Part shown: positions 26,614 to 38,222 of the stretch, one piece after another | Layout: every line of letters begins with the position of its first letter | Numbering within the stretch: the first letter of the stretch is position 1 | Origin: Tricharina praecox | Taxonomy: Eukaryota | Reading direction: 5' to 3' | NCBI RefSeq assembly: GCF_024521635.1 | Contig: NW_026250438.1 | Span: 124,001-188,000 of the forward strand | DNA length: 64,000 bases | Notes under the pieces: generated by a model | The model's database searches: none | Told to the model about the DNA's origin: nothing | The model's input: the letters and a program-made list of their open reading frames with translations, nothing else | Translations under genes and position numbers: made by a program

Positions 26614-26730
26614 GGAGGTGACCACTGGAGCGGCCGGGATGGGGAGAAGTGAAGTATGTTCGGTGTAGGAGTTACAGGTATAAGAGAGAGAGATAGAGGG
26701 AGGGAGAGAAAGAAAACCAAACTTAGACCT
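26612..26730 (-). repeat. LTR-like dispersed repeat, copy 2 (5' of gag, partial)
   Basis: gtggaggtga..cactgga.cg...g.gatgg.gagaagtgaagtatgttcggt.taggag.tacaggt...agagag..aaa.caaactt is shared with copy 1. Hand count: about 84% identity over 80 bp. Confidence 0.8.
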
Positions 26731-26959
26731 CGGTCCGAAACCCAGATGTAAACGTACAATCATAACGACCGAGTGCGAACGCATGCACCACGACCAGTCG
26801 AGAACCCGGTCCAGGCCCGCCTGCCCGCACTAACCGGAAAAGGCCACCCTGCACCCCACGCGTGCGTCAGAGCCTCACTCTAGTTACCGATTGCAGAAAA
26901 AAAGTTTCAATTCACGTCTCCCACCGCAATCGCACTCGTACCTCCGATCGCACCATACG

Positions 26960-28816
26960 ATGCCATCCACCGCCGCTCTCTCGTCGTCGAAGAAGCGCAA
27001 GCTCGCCGTCGGCGCCGATGCCAAGGCCGTCTCCAAAAAAATGCCCAAGACCAAGAAGTCCCGGTCCGTGGTGCTTGCTCCACCAAAGACCACGCAGGAA
27101 GATATCCTCCAGCTCGAAGAGGCGATCGTCGAGTCCGCAAAGAATTACAACAATATTGTCACGCTCCTCGCCTGCTTCAAAGACTCCCTCGACGATGATC
27201 CGCAACTCGCTGTTACCGCTGCGGTATCGCTGTGTCGCTCGTTCTGCCGCCTCATGGCGAAGGGACGGCTGCTGAAGCGCAAGGGAGACGACGAGGACGA
27301 GGCGACAGTTGTCCTGTGGCTCAAGGAAAGGTATAAGGAATACGTGACGGAGCTGTGTAAAGCGCTGGACCATCCGAGTGGTGTGCAGGTTTGTGCTCTC
27401 GGGAGTGTGGAACCGGCACGAGCGCTGACTTGTGAGGGAAGGACACGGTGTTGACGCTGCTCATGAGGCTGGTTAAAGATGAGGGCATGCATCAGAAACC
27501 GGAGGGCGAGGAGTACTACTTCCCCGGCGATACGTTTGCCAAGATCGTGAAGGGCGTTGTGGTGACGGAGAATATGGACGATGAGGCGAAGGCGGCATGG
27601 GTGGAGAAGTATGTGGATGCATACAACGATGTGCGGTACTCGTTCTTCACGGCGATAAAGTAGGTCCATTCATGAAGGTGCTGTCTGGTATCTACTGACG
27701 CATATAGACATCTTCTCGACGAGCGCGAAGACGAAATCTCTCCCGCCCTCCTGACAAGCACCGTCAACCTCCTTCTCCTCCCCAAAAACCTCCCGACCGC
27801 CGAAACGGAAGAAATCACAGACTTCTACGCCGTCGTGCTGCCCAGCAAAACCTCACGGAAAGCCAAACCACCCACAATACTCTCCCCCAGCGCGCACCGC
27901 AAAGTGGTGCAAGAAGCCTGGTGCAATGTTCTCCGGCACCCGCTCCCCGCAGCCCTCTGCAAATCCGTCCTTCTCTCCGCCGAGCGGCGCATCATCCCCT
28001 CCTTCACCAAACCGCAGCTCCTGATGGACTTCCTGATCGCCTGCTACGACCACGGCGGCACCATCTCGCTGCTCGCGCTGAACGCGCTGTTCCACCTGAT
28101 CTCGACCAAAAACCTCGACTACCCGAACTTCTTCACAAAACTGTACGCGCTGCTCGACCGCAACCTCTTCCACATGCGCTACCGCTCGCGCTTCTTCCGC
28201 CTGCTCGACACCTTCCTAGCATCTACCCATCTCCCCGCCGCGCTCATCGCAAGCTTCATCAAGCGCATGGCGCGCCTGTGTCTCTCTGCACCCCCGGGCG
28301 CCATCGTCACCGTCGTGCCGTTCGTCTACAACCTCTTCAAGAAGCACAGGGCTACGACGTATATGATGCACCGGATTCCGGTGGATGCGGACGAGGCTGC
28401 GGAGTGGAGTGTTGCGGGCTACGTCGACCCGTTCGATGAGGAGGAGACGGATCCGTTGCAGACGGGCGCCATCGAGAGCTCCGTCTGGGAACTCGAGACG
28501 CTGATGAGTCACTGGCATCCGAATGTGGCGACGCTGTGTAGAATCGTGAAGGAACAGTTCACCAAGGAACGGTATTTGATGGAGGATTTCTTGGATCATA
28601 GTTATAATTCGGTGAGTACTCGCTCAAAGATATCGTGTGGCAGGGAGAATGGCTAATGATTGCGGGTAGATGTTCGATATCGAGACGAATAGGGAGTTGA
28701 AGAAGGCGCCGGTGGTGGAGGTTGACGTTCCGAAGAAGATATTCTTCAGGCTCGAGGGGACAGAGGAGCAACAGCAGAGTGGGAATCTGTTGTTAGATCT
28801 GTGGAGCTTTGAGTAG
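26960..28816 (+). CDS. NOC4: Nucleolar complex protein 4 (CBF/Mak21 domain, 40S biogenesis)
   Basis: Four exons (26960-27388, 27442-27659, ~27708-28611, 28670-28816). Motifs: LLMDFL..YDHGGTISLLALNALFHLI..NLDYPNFFTKLYALLD..YRSRFFRLLDTFLASTHLPAALIASFIKRMARL..AIESSVWEL..HWHPNVATL. Confidence 0.95.
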
Positions 28817-28989
28817 AGAGCAGTTGAGTTGGTATTGCTATTACAGAAAGAAATGCTCTATGGGTGGTATGGTAAAACAAAGGGATATTGGAGATGCCAA
28901 ACGCCGGATTCCGTGGGGAAGGAAAAAAAACAAAGATGACGCCGTATTTTGAAATCGTATTCGTGAGATGGTGATGTGTCATGAAGAGA

Positions 28990-30250
28990 TCACTTCTTCC
29001 GCGAACTCCTTCTGACATCGCTTGCTCCTCCGCGAGTACCTCGTTTTCCTCTGGAGCCCTTTGGACGTCCGCGACCCCGAACCACCACACCCCTGCTGCT
29101 GCCCCTTCCACCGCGACTGCCTCTGCCTCCCCGTCCCCTTCCTCTGCCCCTAGCAGAAGTCGGCACCTCATCCTCGGTTTCGTCACTTCCGGAAGCAGTA
29201 CCCGAGCCAGATCCCTCCTCGTCACCGTCCTCCTCCTCATCCTCCTCCTCATCCTCGTCTTCATCATCCTCCTCGTCGTCCTCCTCTTCCTCTTCCTCTT
29301 CTTCTTCCTCCTCCTCTGCCTTTTCCACCGCCACCACCTCCTCCTCCTCCTTCTCCACAACGGTTTCCTTCTTCTTCTTCACCTCCTCCACCTCTTGTTC
29401 CTCCTCTGCCTCGGAAGATTCGGCCCTAACACTGTTGTCCCCGACGATCTTGTCGTCGTCTTCCTCCTCATCGGGTTCCTTCTCCTCCGTTGCAGCGCGT
29501 GCAGGCGTGTTTGGGGTCTTCCTGCCTCCCGCGCCTCTGCCCCTACCGCCGTACCCACGAGCACGCGGAGTAGCACGACCTCTGGTGCCACGGCCCCTCG
29601 TGCTGCGGGCGGGAGTGGGCGCCGGTGACGCGGAGCGCGAGGGAGTATCTACACGGTCAGTACACGGACCGGGGCAACCAGGCATGGGAAGAGCAAGACC
29701 AACCCGAGATCGTATCCCCATCATCGTCTGGCACGGTACTAGCCTCCTTCGCCGTCCTCATAGGGCTATCCCTCGAGTCAGGATCCCACCTCCTGTTGCG
29801 CATCAAGTCGCCAAACTCGTCTTCGGACAGACTGAACTCCTTCCAACCCTTCGGCAGATCCTTCGCAGCGTCGTCTGCATCGTCGTCATCATCCTGCGCC
29901 TCATCATCATCGTCGCCGGCCTCGACCTCGTCCTCCATCTCGTCCAGCGCCTCCAGATTGTACAGCGTCTTGAGCTTCTCCCAGATCCCGTGGATCCCCG
30001 TGTGCTCGCCCGACACCCCATGGTTCTTCATCAGCTCCGCAATCGCGATGATCCGGAAGTGCTTGTGCATCCCTGCCGGCTTCAGGCGGTAGATCGCGAT
30101 CGCTTTGAATAACGTCGTTTCTTGCTCGTCTGTCCACCCGTCAGACGTGATCGGTGACGCTTGTGCGGTCGTCGTGGTCGTCGTCGTCTCTTCGCCCAGA
30201 CCGGAGGACGCGATCCGAACGGTCGGGCGCGCGCGCTTTTTAGGTGCCAT
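28990..30250 (-). CDS. EAF7: NuA4 histone acetyltransferase subunit Eaf7 (MRGBP/CT20 family)
   Basis: WTDEQETTLFKAI..KPAGMHKHFRIIAI..HTGIHGIWEKLKTLYNLEALDE..WKEFSL. One intron at ~29649-29703 (GTTGGT..ACTGAC..TAG) joins this to an acidic, RG-rich tail. Confidence 0.9.
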
Positions 30251-31787
30251 TGTGAGGTGAGGTAAGTTGTGGTGCTGCTGTGCGCGCGGGGAGTGCTAGG
30301 TGGATGGGAAACACTACTCGCGCCGGATGTCGCGCGTCATGCACGTGACTCACATCTCAGCTACTTACATCACCTGCCTAGCGTGCCCCGCCAGATCACG
30401 AGGCATCACTCCACCTTCGACTTCTTTTATCACCCCCCAATAAATTTCTGTATTATGCACCCCCCGGCCGGTCGCACCCCCCAACGAAACTAGACTCCCC
30501 GGAAGCGCTCGACTGGCATGGCATGGCATATGCAACGTAAGTTTAAAAGCAAGCTGCAACCACCGTCGCAGTCAGGGCTGGGATCAGGACGCAGCATGTC
30601 CAATCACGGTGGTGGAGAGCAAGAATGTATGCAACCATCTCGTGGACAGCATGAATCCTCTCTAAACAAACACATGCAGGACCGGTAGGTAATGTGACTC
30701 TGTGTACACTGTACATAGATACTGGTATTTATGACGGTACTCTACTTGCTGCGGCTGTCGCCAAGATATCCGCCGTGGGGTCTCGCTCGAGAGAAATCAT
30801 TCCCAGACACTTTCCCGTGAGGGAAGCATGCCCCGTGAGAAATCATGCGTACTTACTCTGAAGCTCAGGGTTCTCTGAATGACGGTTTCGTGCTGAGACG
30901 AATGGAAAGTTGAAACAATAGGTCTCTACTCTAGGTTGATGGGATAGGATTCTCCACTAGTTATCAAGTAGAGTACTCTGTCAGAGGTGATAGAGACGCC
31001 TGGAAACCGGATGCCTGCCTGCCTGCGTGCCCCACGCGCGCCTGCTCGCCTTCTCGCCTACTTGCCTTCTCGCCTTCTCTGTGCCCCCCTCCCCCACCGG
31101 TGCCTGAAGCCCAGATGGCCCCGCAGAAAAGAAAAAATCCTTGTGGCGACAGGCGCCGCGCGTTGCGTCGCGTTGCGTGGGCGAAGAAATCCGCTGCACC
31201 AAAGAACGGTTGGGTGTGGCTGTGCCAGCCAGCCAGCAATGTCCGTGGCGTTTGATTGCGGCTGGGGTTAGTGCGGGGGAATACTTGCGGGATGGGTGAT
31301 TACGTCACGATGGCGGTGCAGGGGATGAGCTTGGATGGAGGGACACTGGCAACTGGCACTGGCACTGGGGCACAGCAGAGCGTCTGTTGAGTCGCCACGA
31401 ACTTGAAGGATTTGAGGCCAAGGAAATATACATGGCTCCTGAGTCTTGTCTGAGCTTTGTTGCATCCCGTGCATGTGCGTGTGTGCGGTTAAGCAGGTGT
31501 GGTGGTGGGTGGAATGTGGTGGATGGGTGGTGGGTGGGTGTGTGGTCAAAAACAACCAGCTGCCCGGGCCCCTTGGAGTGAAGCTCAAAAAGCTCGACTT
31601 ACTCTGCATACCACCTAATCCCCAACTACCCTCCACCTACCTTCCACCTACCTTCCACCTTCCATCCACCCTTCCGTCCTTCCTGCTCCCGCATCTCCAT
31701 ATCATCTCTCCTTCCCTCTCCTCCGCTTTCCTCTCGCATTCCAAACACAGAACGAGCTCCCAGAGAACCCCCCAAACACCAGCAGCT

Positions 31788-33752
31788 ATGAGAGAAAACA
31801 TCATCTTCACCTTCCCCGGCATATCCGTGACGGCGCCGCACTCTACCAGCGCAGTCGGGCTGCTCATCCTCTCCTCCTCCTCGCAACAGATCGACTATGC
31901 GCCAGCACGGGAAGACATCTACCTGCGGCTGCGGCACACGCCCGACAGCGAGAAAGGGTCTGACGCATTGGACGTATTGATCGAGGCGTGGCGCGAGCTG
32001 CGCAAGACGTCGCCGCGCGAGTTCGTTCTCGCGACAGAATTTGGCGACATCACGATTTCGTTCCCGGAGCTGCACCACTTGATCCCGCAGAACGATACGC
32101 GCATCGACCTGCCCTTGGAGGCGAAGGCCGGCATGACCTGGGAGGTCATCGTGAGAGAGTTCGAGGCTGAGGTAGACCGCTTCGTCAGCTACAGGAAGAA
32201 CTCGTATTCCCTCCTCGATGCCCCCTTTGGCGCGCAGAGCGGGAAGGCCCGTGAGGCAGAGGGCATCAAGCCGTATAACCCCGGGGCGTACCCGAATGAG
32301 AAGGCGGGGGGGAGTGGCGGGAGTGGTGGCAGGTTGGTGCTGGTTGATGAGGAGAATGGCGCGGAGGTGGGTGAGGTCGGGGGCATGCAGGTGGCGACCA
32401 TCGATGTCGTGCCGGGGAGTAAAGGTACGTAATTTTGTTCTATCCCCATGATCAGGCCGAGTGACGTAAAGTGGCTGGCGATGCATGTGGTGGGGTGATG
32501 TTACACGAGATGAGTTGGAGCTGACCGTCGACTCAGATCCCGTTGAAATCACCTTCCCCACCGAAGGCGAGAGTGGCCCAGTCACGGTAAGCTCTCCAGC
32601 TTTTTATACAGTCTTGTTTGCTTCACTTGCTGTTTCCAAGGACATTGCGAATGTGTTCTTCGAATGCTGTCGTCTTTGTTCGAACACTATCTCCACATCT
32701 GTCTCCGCCGCAGCGCCTTGTGCGCTGTCTCGGACCGTCACCTCCTACTCCTTCTTCTTACCCAATACCCCAATGTTGCTCTGCCTCACTCATCGCGATC
32801 CAGTTTCACAAATGACTGACATCTCTCGTGACAGGTCCGCACAGCCGACTACCTCAAAGATGCCTCACACCCCATGTACCAAAACAGCTCTCTGGTGCAG
32901 ACCGCAGCCACGGCATCGCGTCTCATCGTCACCACATCCGCCTACATTTCCAACGCCATGACGCAGGGCGCTCAGACTTTCGCTGAGAGAACGAAGCCCA
33001 ACACTACACCCACCACCTTCCAGCCCTCGACACACGAGCGCTTCCAGCAAGTCCACACTCTGACATCGACGGCCGCCAAGTTCTCGTCCGTCGCCGTCGG
33101 AAAGGTATCGCAACTTGCGCAGAACGCGGGTGCGAAGCTGGCCGGCAAAGACAAACCGCAGACGCGCGGCAAGCCCAGGGACCCCAACATCCTGAACAAG
33201 TCGCTCATCGCCTTCTCGACCGTCGCCGACAGCATCGACTACGCATCCAAATCGCTGCTGAACTCGACGTCGCAGGCAGCCACGCAGATGGTCACGCACA
33301 AGTACGGTGCCGAAGCCGGCGAGCTCTCCAAGAACCTGACCGGATCCGTCAAGAACGTGGGTCTCGTGTACATTGACGCCTCCGGTGTGTCGCGCCGCGC
33401 CGTCGTTAAGGGCGTCGCCAAGGGAATGGTCGTTGGCAAGGTCCGCGGCGGAGGAGAGGTCATCGTGCCCGGCAACGGCGAGAAGGTCGATGGTCTGCCG
33501 TATGGATGGGGCGATGGCCCGCTCGGAGGCGCCCACGCTGGTCCCCCGAGCGGAAGGATCACCCCCGGCCAAACCTCACATACCCCGCCTCCTCCTGGAT
33601 ACACTCCCGCTGGGTACCCCACAAGTGGCGAGGGCAGCAACAGCATGTACTTTGCGCCGCCACCAAGGGCTCTTACCAGCCCGGCGGCCGTCAAAAACGG
33701 ATATCCAAATGACAAGCCCAAAAACGAAAAGAGCACTGAATTCCGCTTCTGA
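31788..33752 (+). CDS. Spartin-like / senescence-domain protein
   Basis: Exons 31788-32424, 32537-32586 and 32835-33752 are in frame. Motifs: GRLVLVDEENGAEVGE; SSLVQTAATASRLIVTTS..LNKSLIAFSTVADSID..VTHKYGAEAGEL..VKNVGLVYIDASGVSRRAVVKGVAKGMVVGKV. Confidence 0.85.
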
Positions 33753-34142
33753 GCGGTCGCGTGTGTTTCTTTCTTCTTCTTCGAATTGATTTCTGTTTTT
33801 GAGAGGGGGTATTTTTTTAGTCCTGGACTTGTATGGCTTCGTTGGCTGGGAATTCTTTTCTGTTCGGGTGCTTGTTTTCATCCTCATTTTTATTAAGTCT
33901 GTCGATATACCGGGTTTGCGTAACGGAATGAGAGAACATCAATTTATTGTCGCATGCGGCCTTTTCATGACCATTTGAAGCCGTGTCACCAGGCTACGAG
34001 TGACTCCCGATGACACACCACCGTGCTCCGCCAAGCGCCCTGGCCCACCTATTAGCTCAACCCCTGCCCCAATTTGTAGCCCCGCAGTCGAAGTGACCCT
34101 CCCGCACGCCCGCATGGACCCGTGCCGACCTCGCACATCCCC

Positions 34143-35941
34143 ATGCGACCCCCACGACGACTCCTCATCCAGGCGGACGGGCTGCGGCGATGCCTCTGCC
34201 CCCGCCTAAACGACGTCGCCCTCTCACGGAGCCTCCTCACGTCCCCTCGCAACCTTTCCTCCGCTGCGGCCGCGGCCATCGTCACGCCCCCGGTCGACCC
34301 GCCGCCCGTGTACGCCGCCCCTCCGCGCGCACCCACGCACTCCCGGCCCACGCCTGTACCACCCACCGCGCTCCCGCCCCTCGAGCAGATATCTCGCCTC
34401 GCCTCTCGGCGCTCGCCTGCTGTATTCTCGACCGCATCCTTGCTCGTAGCCTCGGGCGCGCTCGCGCCGTCTCTGCGTCTGTACGAGATCCTTATCGGCG
34501 CGTGCGTAGTGGGGGGGCATGGGGTATCGCTGCAGGCGACGGCGTTCTCGCTGCTGGACGACATGTGTGCGCGCGGCATCGTGCCGAACGCGAATGTCTA
34601 CACCATGCTACTGCGGCTCCTGGCTAGGAGTACGGACTATGTACGCCGCGCTAGAGTGCTCGAGCTTATGCAGCAGAGGTGGTTTGAGGTGGGCGAGCAG
34701 GCGTGGGGGTGGGTGGTGCTGGGGTACCTCAAGGATTGTCAAGTAGAGATTGCGCTCGAGATGGTGGTTGAGAGGGAGGAGCGCGGGTGGGAGGTTGGAC
34801 GCTGGGTCTATAAGGCGCTTGTTAAGAGGTTGGTGGAGTTGGGCGAGGTGCAGGAGGCTCTGAGAGTGCTCAGGAGGATTGAGGGGGAGTTTGGCGGGCT
34901 GGTCTGGCAGGGTGTTATGAGACCTGAGGGGAGGAGCAGAATGTGGTGGGAGCTCCTGGTCAAGGGCGCAAAGGATATGAATGTGTGTACTCCGTCTGGG
35001 GGATGCTGGTGGTGGTGGTATGGTGGCTAACTGGTCAGATCGAAGTGACGCGCTACGTCTGGTACAAAGCCCTCGTGCACGAAGCGCCACTGCCGATGTT
35101 CACGCCCTCCCTCGGCGATTGCAACCTGGTGCTGAACTGCGCAGCGCGGCACTCCGACGCCTCCCTCGCCGCGGACGTCCTCCGCGTGCTCACCGAAGAA
35201 GGCCTCCCGCTCAGCGAGCACCACTACGCCTCACTCCTCGAAGCGACAGCCAGCAACTCCCCGACCAAATGCTTCAGCATCCTCTCGCACATGCGGTCGA
35301 TCGGTCTCCCCCCAACCGCTTTCACCGCGCAGCCGCTCGTCTTGCACCTCTCCCAAACCAAATCCGCCACCGACGCCGCATCCACCTCGCTGCTCGACCT
35401 CGGGGGAACAGCGGACCTCGCCGCAGTCGAATCTGTTCTCGCCGCGTACTGCGCGCTCGGCGAGCTCGACGCGGCGTTCGACGTGTACACCACGATCGCG
35501 CAGCTGACCTCTGCCATGCCCACAACTCACACCTTCAACATCCTCCTCGCCGGCTGCGCCGCCGCCGGCGAGAAGGCACTCGCCCTCTACACGCTCGCGG
35601 AAATGCGCGGGATGCAGGTGCCGCCTGATCAGGAGTCGTATGATGCTATGGTGCGTGTATGCGTCAATGCGTGTGAGCCTGACGCTGAGGGGGTGGAGCG
35701 ACCGTGGGACGATGATGTCTGGACCTGGCTGGAGGCAATGAAGCTCAAGCGCTGGAGGCTACGGAGGAAGTCGTATGAGCTCTTGGCGATCGGCTGTGCG
35801 AAGAGGGGCGATGAGAGGGCGGTGAAGGTGGTTGAGGAGCTGGCGAGGATACATCCGGTCGGAAAGGTCGATGCGCTGAGGGCGGAGGTGGGGAGGAAGC
35901 TTGTGTGGGTGAAGGGGAGGGAGGGGAGGGAGGGGAGGTAG
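34143..35941 (+). CDS. Pentatricopeptide repeat (PPR) protein, probably mitochondrial
   Basis: Exons 34143-34982 and 35039-35941. PPR-like units: GIVPNANVYTMLL, CNLVLNCAAR..LAADVLRVL..HHYASLLEA, MPTTHTFNILLAGC..MRGMQVPPDQESYDAMVRVC. Arg-rich N-terminus. Confidence 0.87.
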
Positions 35942-36135
35942 ATAGACTGTAGATACCATAGAGAGTGGAGATATCCGGATAGTGACGAAAACAGCTAAAC
36001 TGGCTGAGAATGTGCCCACCTAAGTACCTACTGCGAGAGTGCGAGAGTGCTTACATACCGTCCATCGCCCGTACATACCCTCGCCTTCCAAGTTCCGTCT
36101 ACGGTGCGCAGTTACGTTTCTCGCAGACGAGTGTG

Positions 36136-36330
36136 TTCCTATGAATAGTCCACTAGCCGTTCGGAGGACCGGTGATGGGTGCTTCGAACATTCGGTGCTT
36201 GGAATATTCGGTGCGGTAGCGAGTCCAAGTTTGGTTTTCTTTCTCTCTCTCTCTCTCTTGTACCCGTAGCTCCTAGGCCTCAAGACACCGCTTCACTCCA
36301 TCTCGATTGTTCCAGTGAATCATCACCACC
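36136..36330 (+). repeat. LTR-like dispersed repeat, copy 3 (solo; inverted relative to copies 1 and 2)
   Basis: Its reverse complement matches 25476-25652: gattcactggaac.at.gagatggag, ctaggagctac.ggt.caa.agagag, aaa.caaacttg.ac.cgct.c.gcaccgaat..tccaagcacc, catcac..gtcctcc.aacggcta. Confidence 0.82.
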
Positions 36331-37607
36331 ACCACGAGTCCTTCCAACATCTTACTCGTCAGATTCACCCGTCACATTCACGTAGTGAATTGAATGAACT
36401 CCAAGCCTCTGGGTCTTTGGTTTGGCCGACGGTGAAGCCTGAAGACCCAGGGGCATGAGCGATCAAATGTGGCACCCAGCCTGCGACGACGTCCTGCGTC
36501 GGAGATAGTCCCTCAAGCTACATACCGCTCCTACTACGCGCGGAGTTATGGTAGGTAGGATAGTAGGACAGTATTCGGTGCAGTGATCATGGAATATCAC
36601 TCGCCAAATGTCATCTTTTGGAGGTTGGAGAATCTACTACCTAGTATGTCTGGAGGAGCTCATTACTACTATAGTACTCCTCTGCGGATGGAAGACGGAC
36701 CAGACTCCAGAGCTAGCAAGCTGTCTATTGGCCAAAGCAAGACGTATTTCGATTTGGGCACATCACATCACATCGCACCTCCCGCTTCACATTGCACCTC
36801 GAGCAAACAATTCTCTGTGCGCAAATTACGCAAATGCTACAAAATCCAAACGTCCAACTCCGACACTGTAATTTCCATTTTTACCGTAACTTCGGTCACT
36901 GTCGAGAAGCGAGTGAGATCGTGTGCCGGACGCATTTGGGAGGGGGGTGCGGAGGTATGCTGGTTTGGAAGTTGGACCAGAGTTCCGAAATCCGTATTCA
37001 CGCGGGAGGGCGTCGTGATTTTGAGGTGTTCACTGCTTGGACGGGACGCTTCGCTGTTCTGACTCTTCCAAGCCTCAAGCCGAGTTAGATGGATGGGATG
37101 GGCGTTTCTTAGTCACATTGAGATTTGCTTAGCTACTGGTACAGAATACTCCGATACTCGTATGGGGCTCAATGGCGGGCAGCAGGATACATTGTACTAG
37201 TACATACCGGTATATGCGTAACCTGACTACGGCTCGAGGGCTTATTCGCTCGCTCGCTGCCAGATGAGCAACTGCCAACAGCCAACTGGATGATATCGAG
37301 GTTATATCATTATCATATATGAGCATTATACGCGTGTGAGCATCCAAAGATCCTCATTCTGCATGGCCAATGCAATTAAATTCATCAAAAACTAAACAAT
37401 AGGTACCTAAGTCGATAACAAAAGAATGGACATATAGTCATAACCGCTCACCCTCCCCTCCCCCTCACTCTCCACTGGTAACCCTCAATCTCTCTGCCAA
37501 TAGCCCCTCCCCTGGTTCCCTCCCTTCCTCCCTCCCAATATCCCACTCCATTTCCTTCACCGCCAACACTACCAGTCTCACTGTTTACCTTGCCCAAGCC
37601 CTACCAC

Positions 37608-38189
37608 CTACTGCTGCACCAACTTCCCATCCTCACACCTATACTGACTGAGGTTATAGCACGCAGTGCCACACACATTCGGGAAGCCAACTGGGCAGAG
37701 AAAGTAATTGACGCAGACATACTTTTTTTTTGCACCCCCCACATTAGCCCCGCCCATTCCATCTCCCCATCTCCCCGCCTATCTCTCCCCTCATCTCTCC
37801 CCCTCCATCACTTTCTCTCATCTCTCGGGGGAAGGAGGTACTCACAGAGTTCTTATCAAACACCTGCCCGTTGCACACGCCGACGGGCCGCAGCTCGCCA
37901 TTGACGCAGGAGTAGTTCGAAGGGTCGAAGCACGCGACGCCGCATGGCTGGTAGATCACCCCGTGCAGGATCGGGCATAGGAGGTTGTTGTTTTGGGGAT
38001 AGCAGGTGTACTATGCTGTGTTAGCTGGGCATCAAGAGGAGGGGGGGGGAAGGGGAGGGGGGGATGATGGGGGGGGCGGACTTTGTCGATTTCGTATGGC
38101 TGCGTGCCGCACATCCTCACTGGGGCTGCGGAGGCGGTGATCGCGACGAAGAGGAGGGTGAGGAGGGTGGTGAAGGTGGTGAACTGCAT
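37608..38189 (-). CDS. Small secreted Cys-rich protein (128 aa) built from CBM52-like beta-1,3-glucan-binding repeats
   Basis: Exons 38189-38082, 38010-37846 and 37721-37608. Signal peptide, then CGTQPYEIDKYTCY..NLLCP..QPCGVACFDPSNYSCVNG and CNGQVFDKNSYVCVNYFLCP..CGTACYNLSQYRCEDG. No catalytic domain. Confidence 0.83.
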
Positions 38190-38191
38190 TT

Positions 38192-38222
<31 letters not shown>

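Larger units (their letters stand above)
25476..26730 (-). mobile_element. Gag-only, non-autonomous copia-derived element flanked by diverged direct repeats (TR-GAG-like or domesticated)
   Basis: Architecture is repeat - leader - gag - repeat, about 1.25 kb. No protease, integrase or RT. No PBS, PPT or TSD clearly recognised. Confidence 0.65.

Noticed and set aside
28746..30112. Alternative-frame and antisense ORFs over EAF7
   Set aside because: By-products of the GAG/GAC-rich acidic coding tract.
36583..37088. ORFs next to the solo repeat as possible pol remnants
   Set aside because: No protease, integrase, RT or RNase H motifs recognised.
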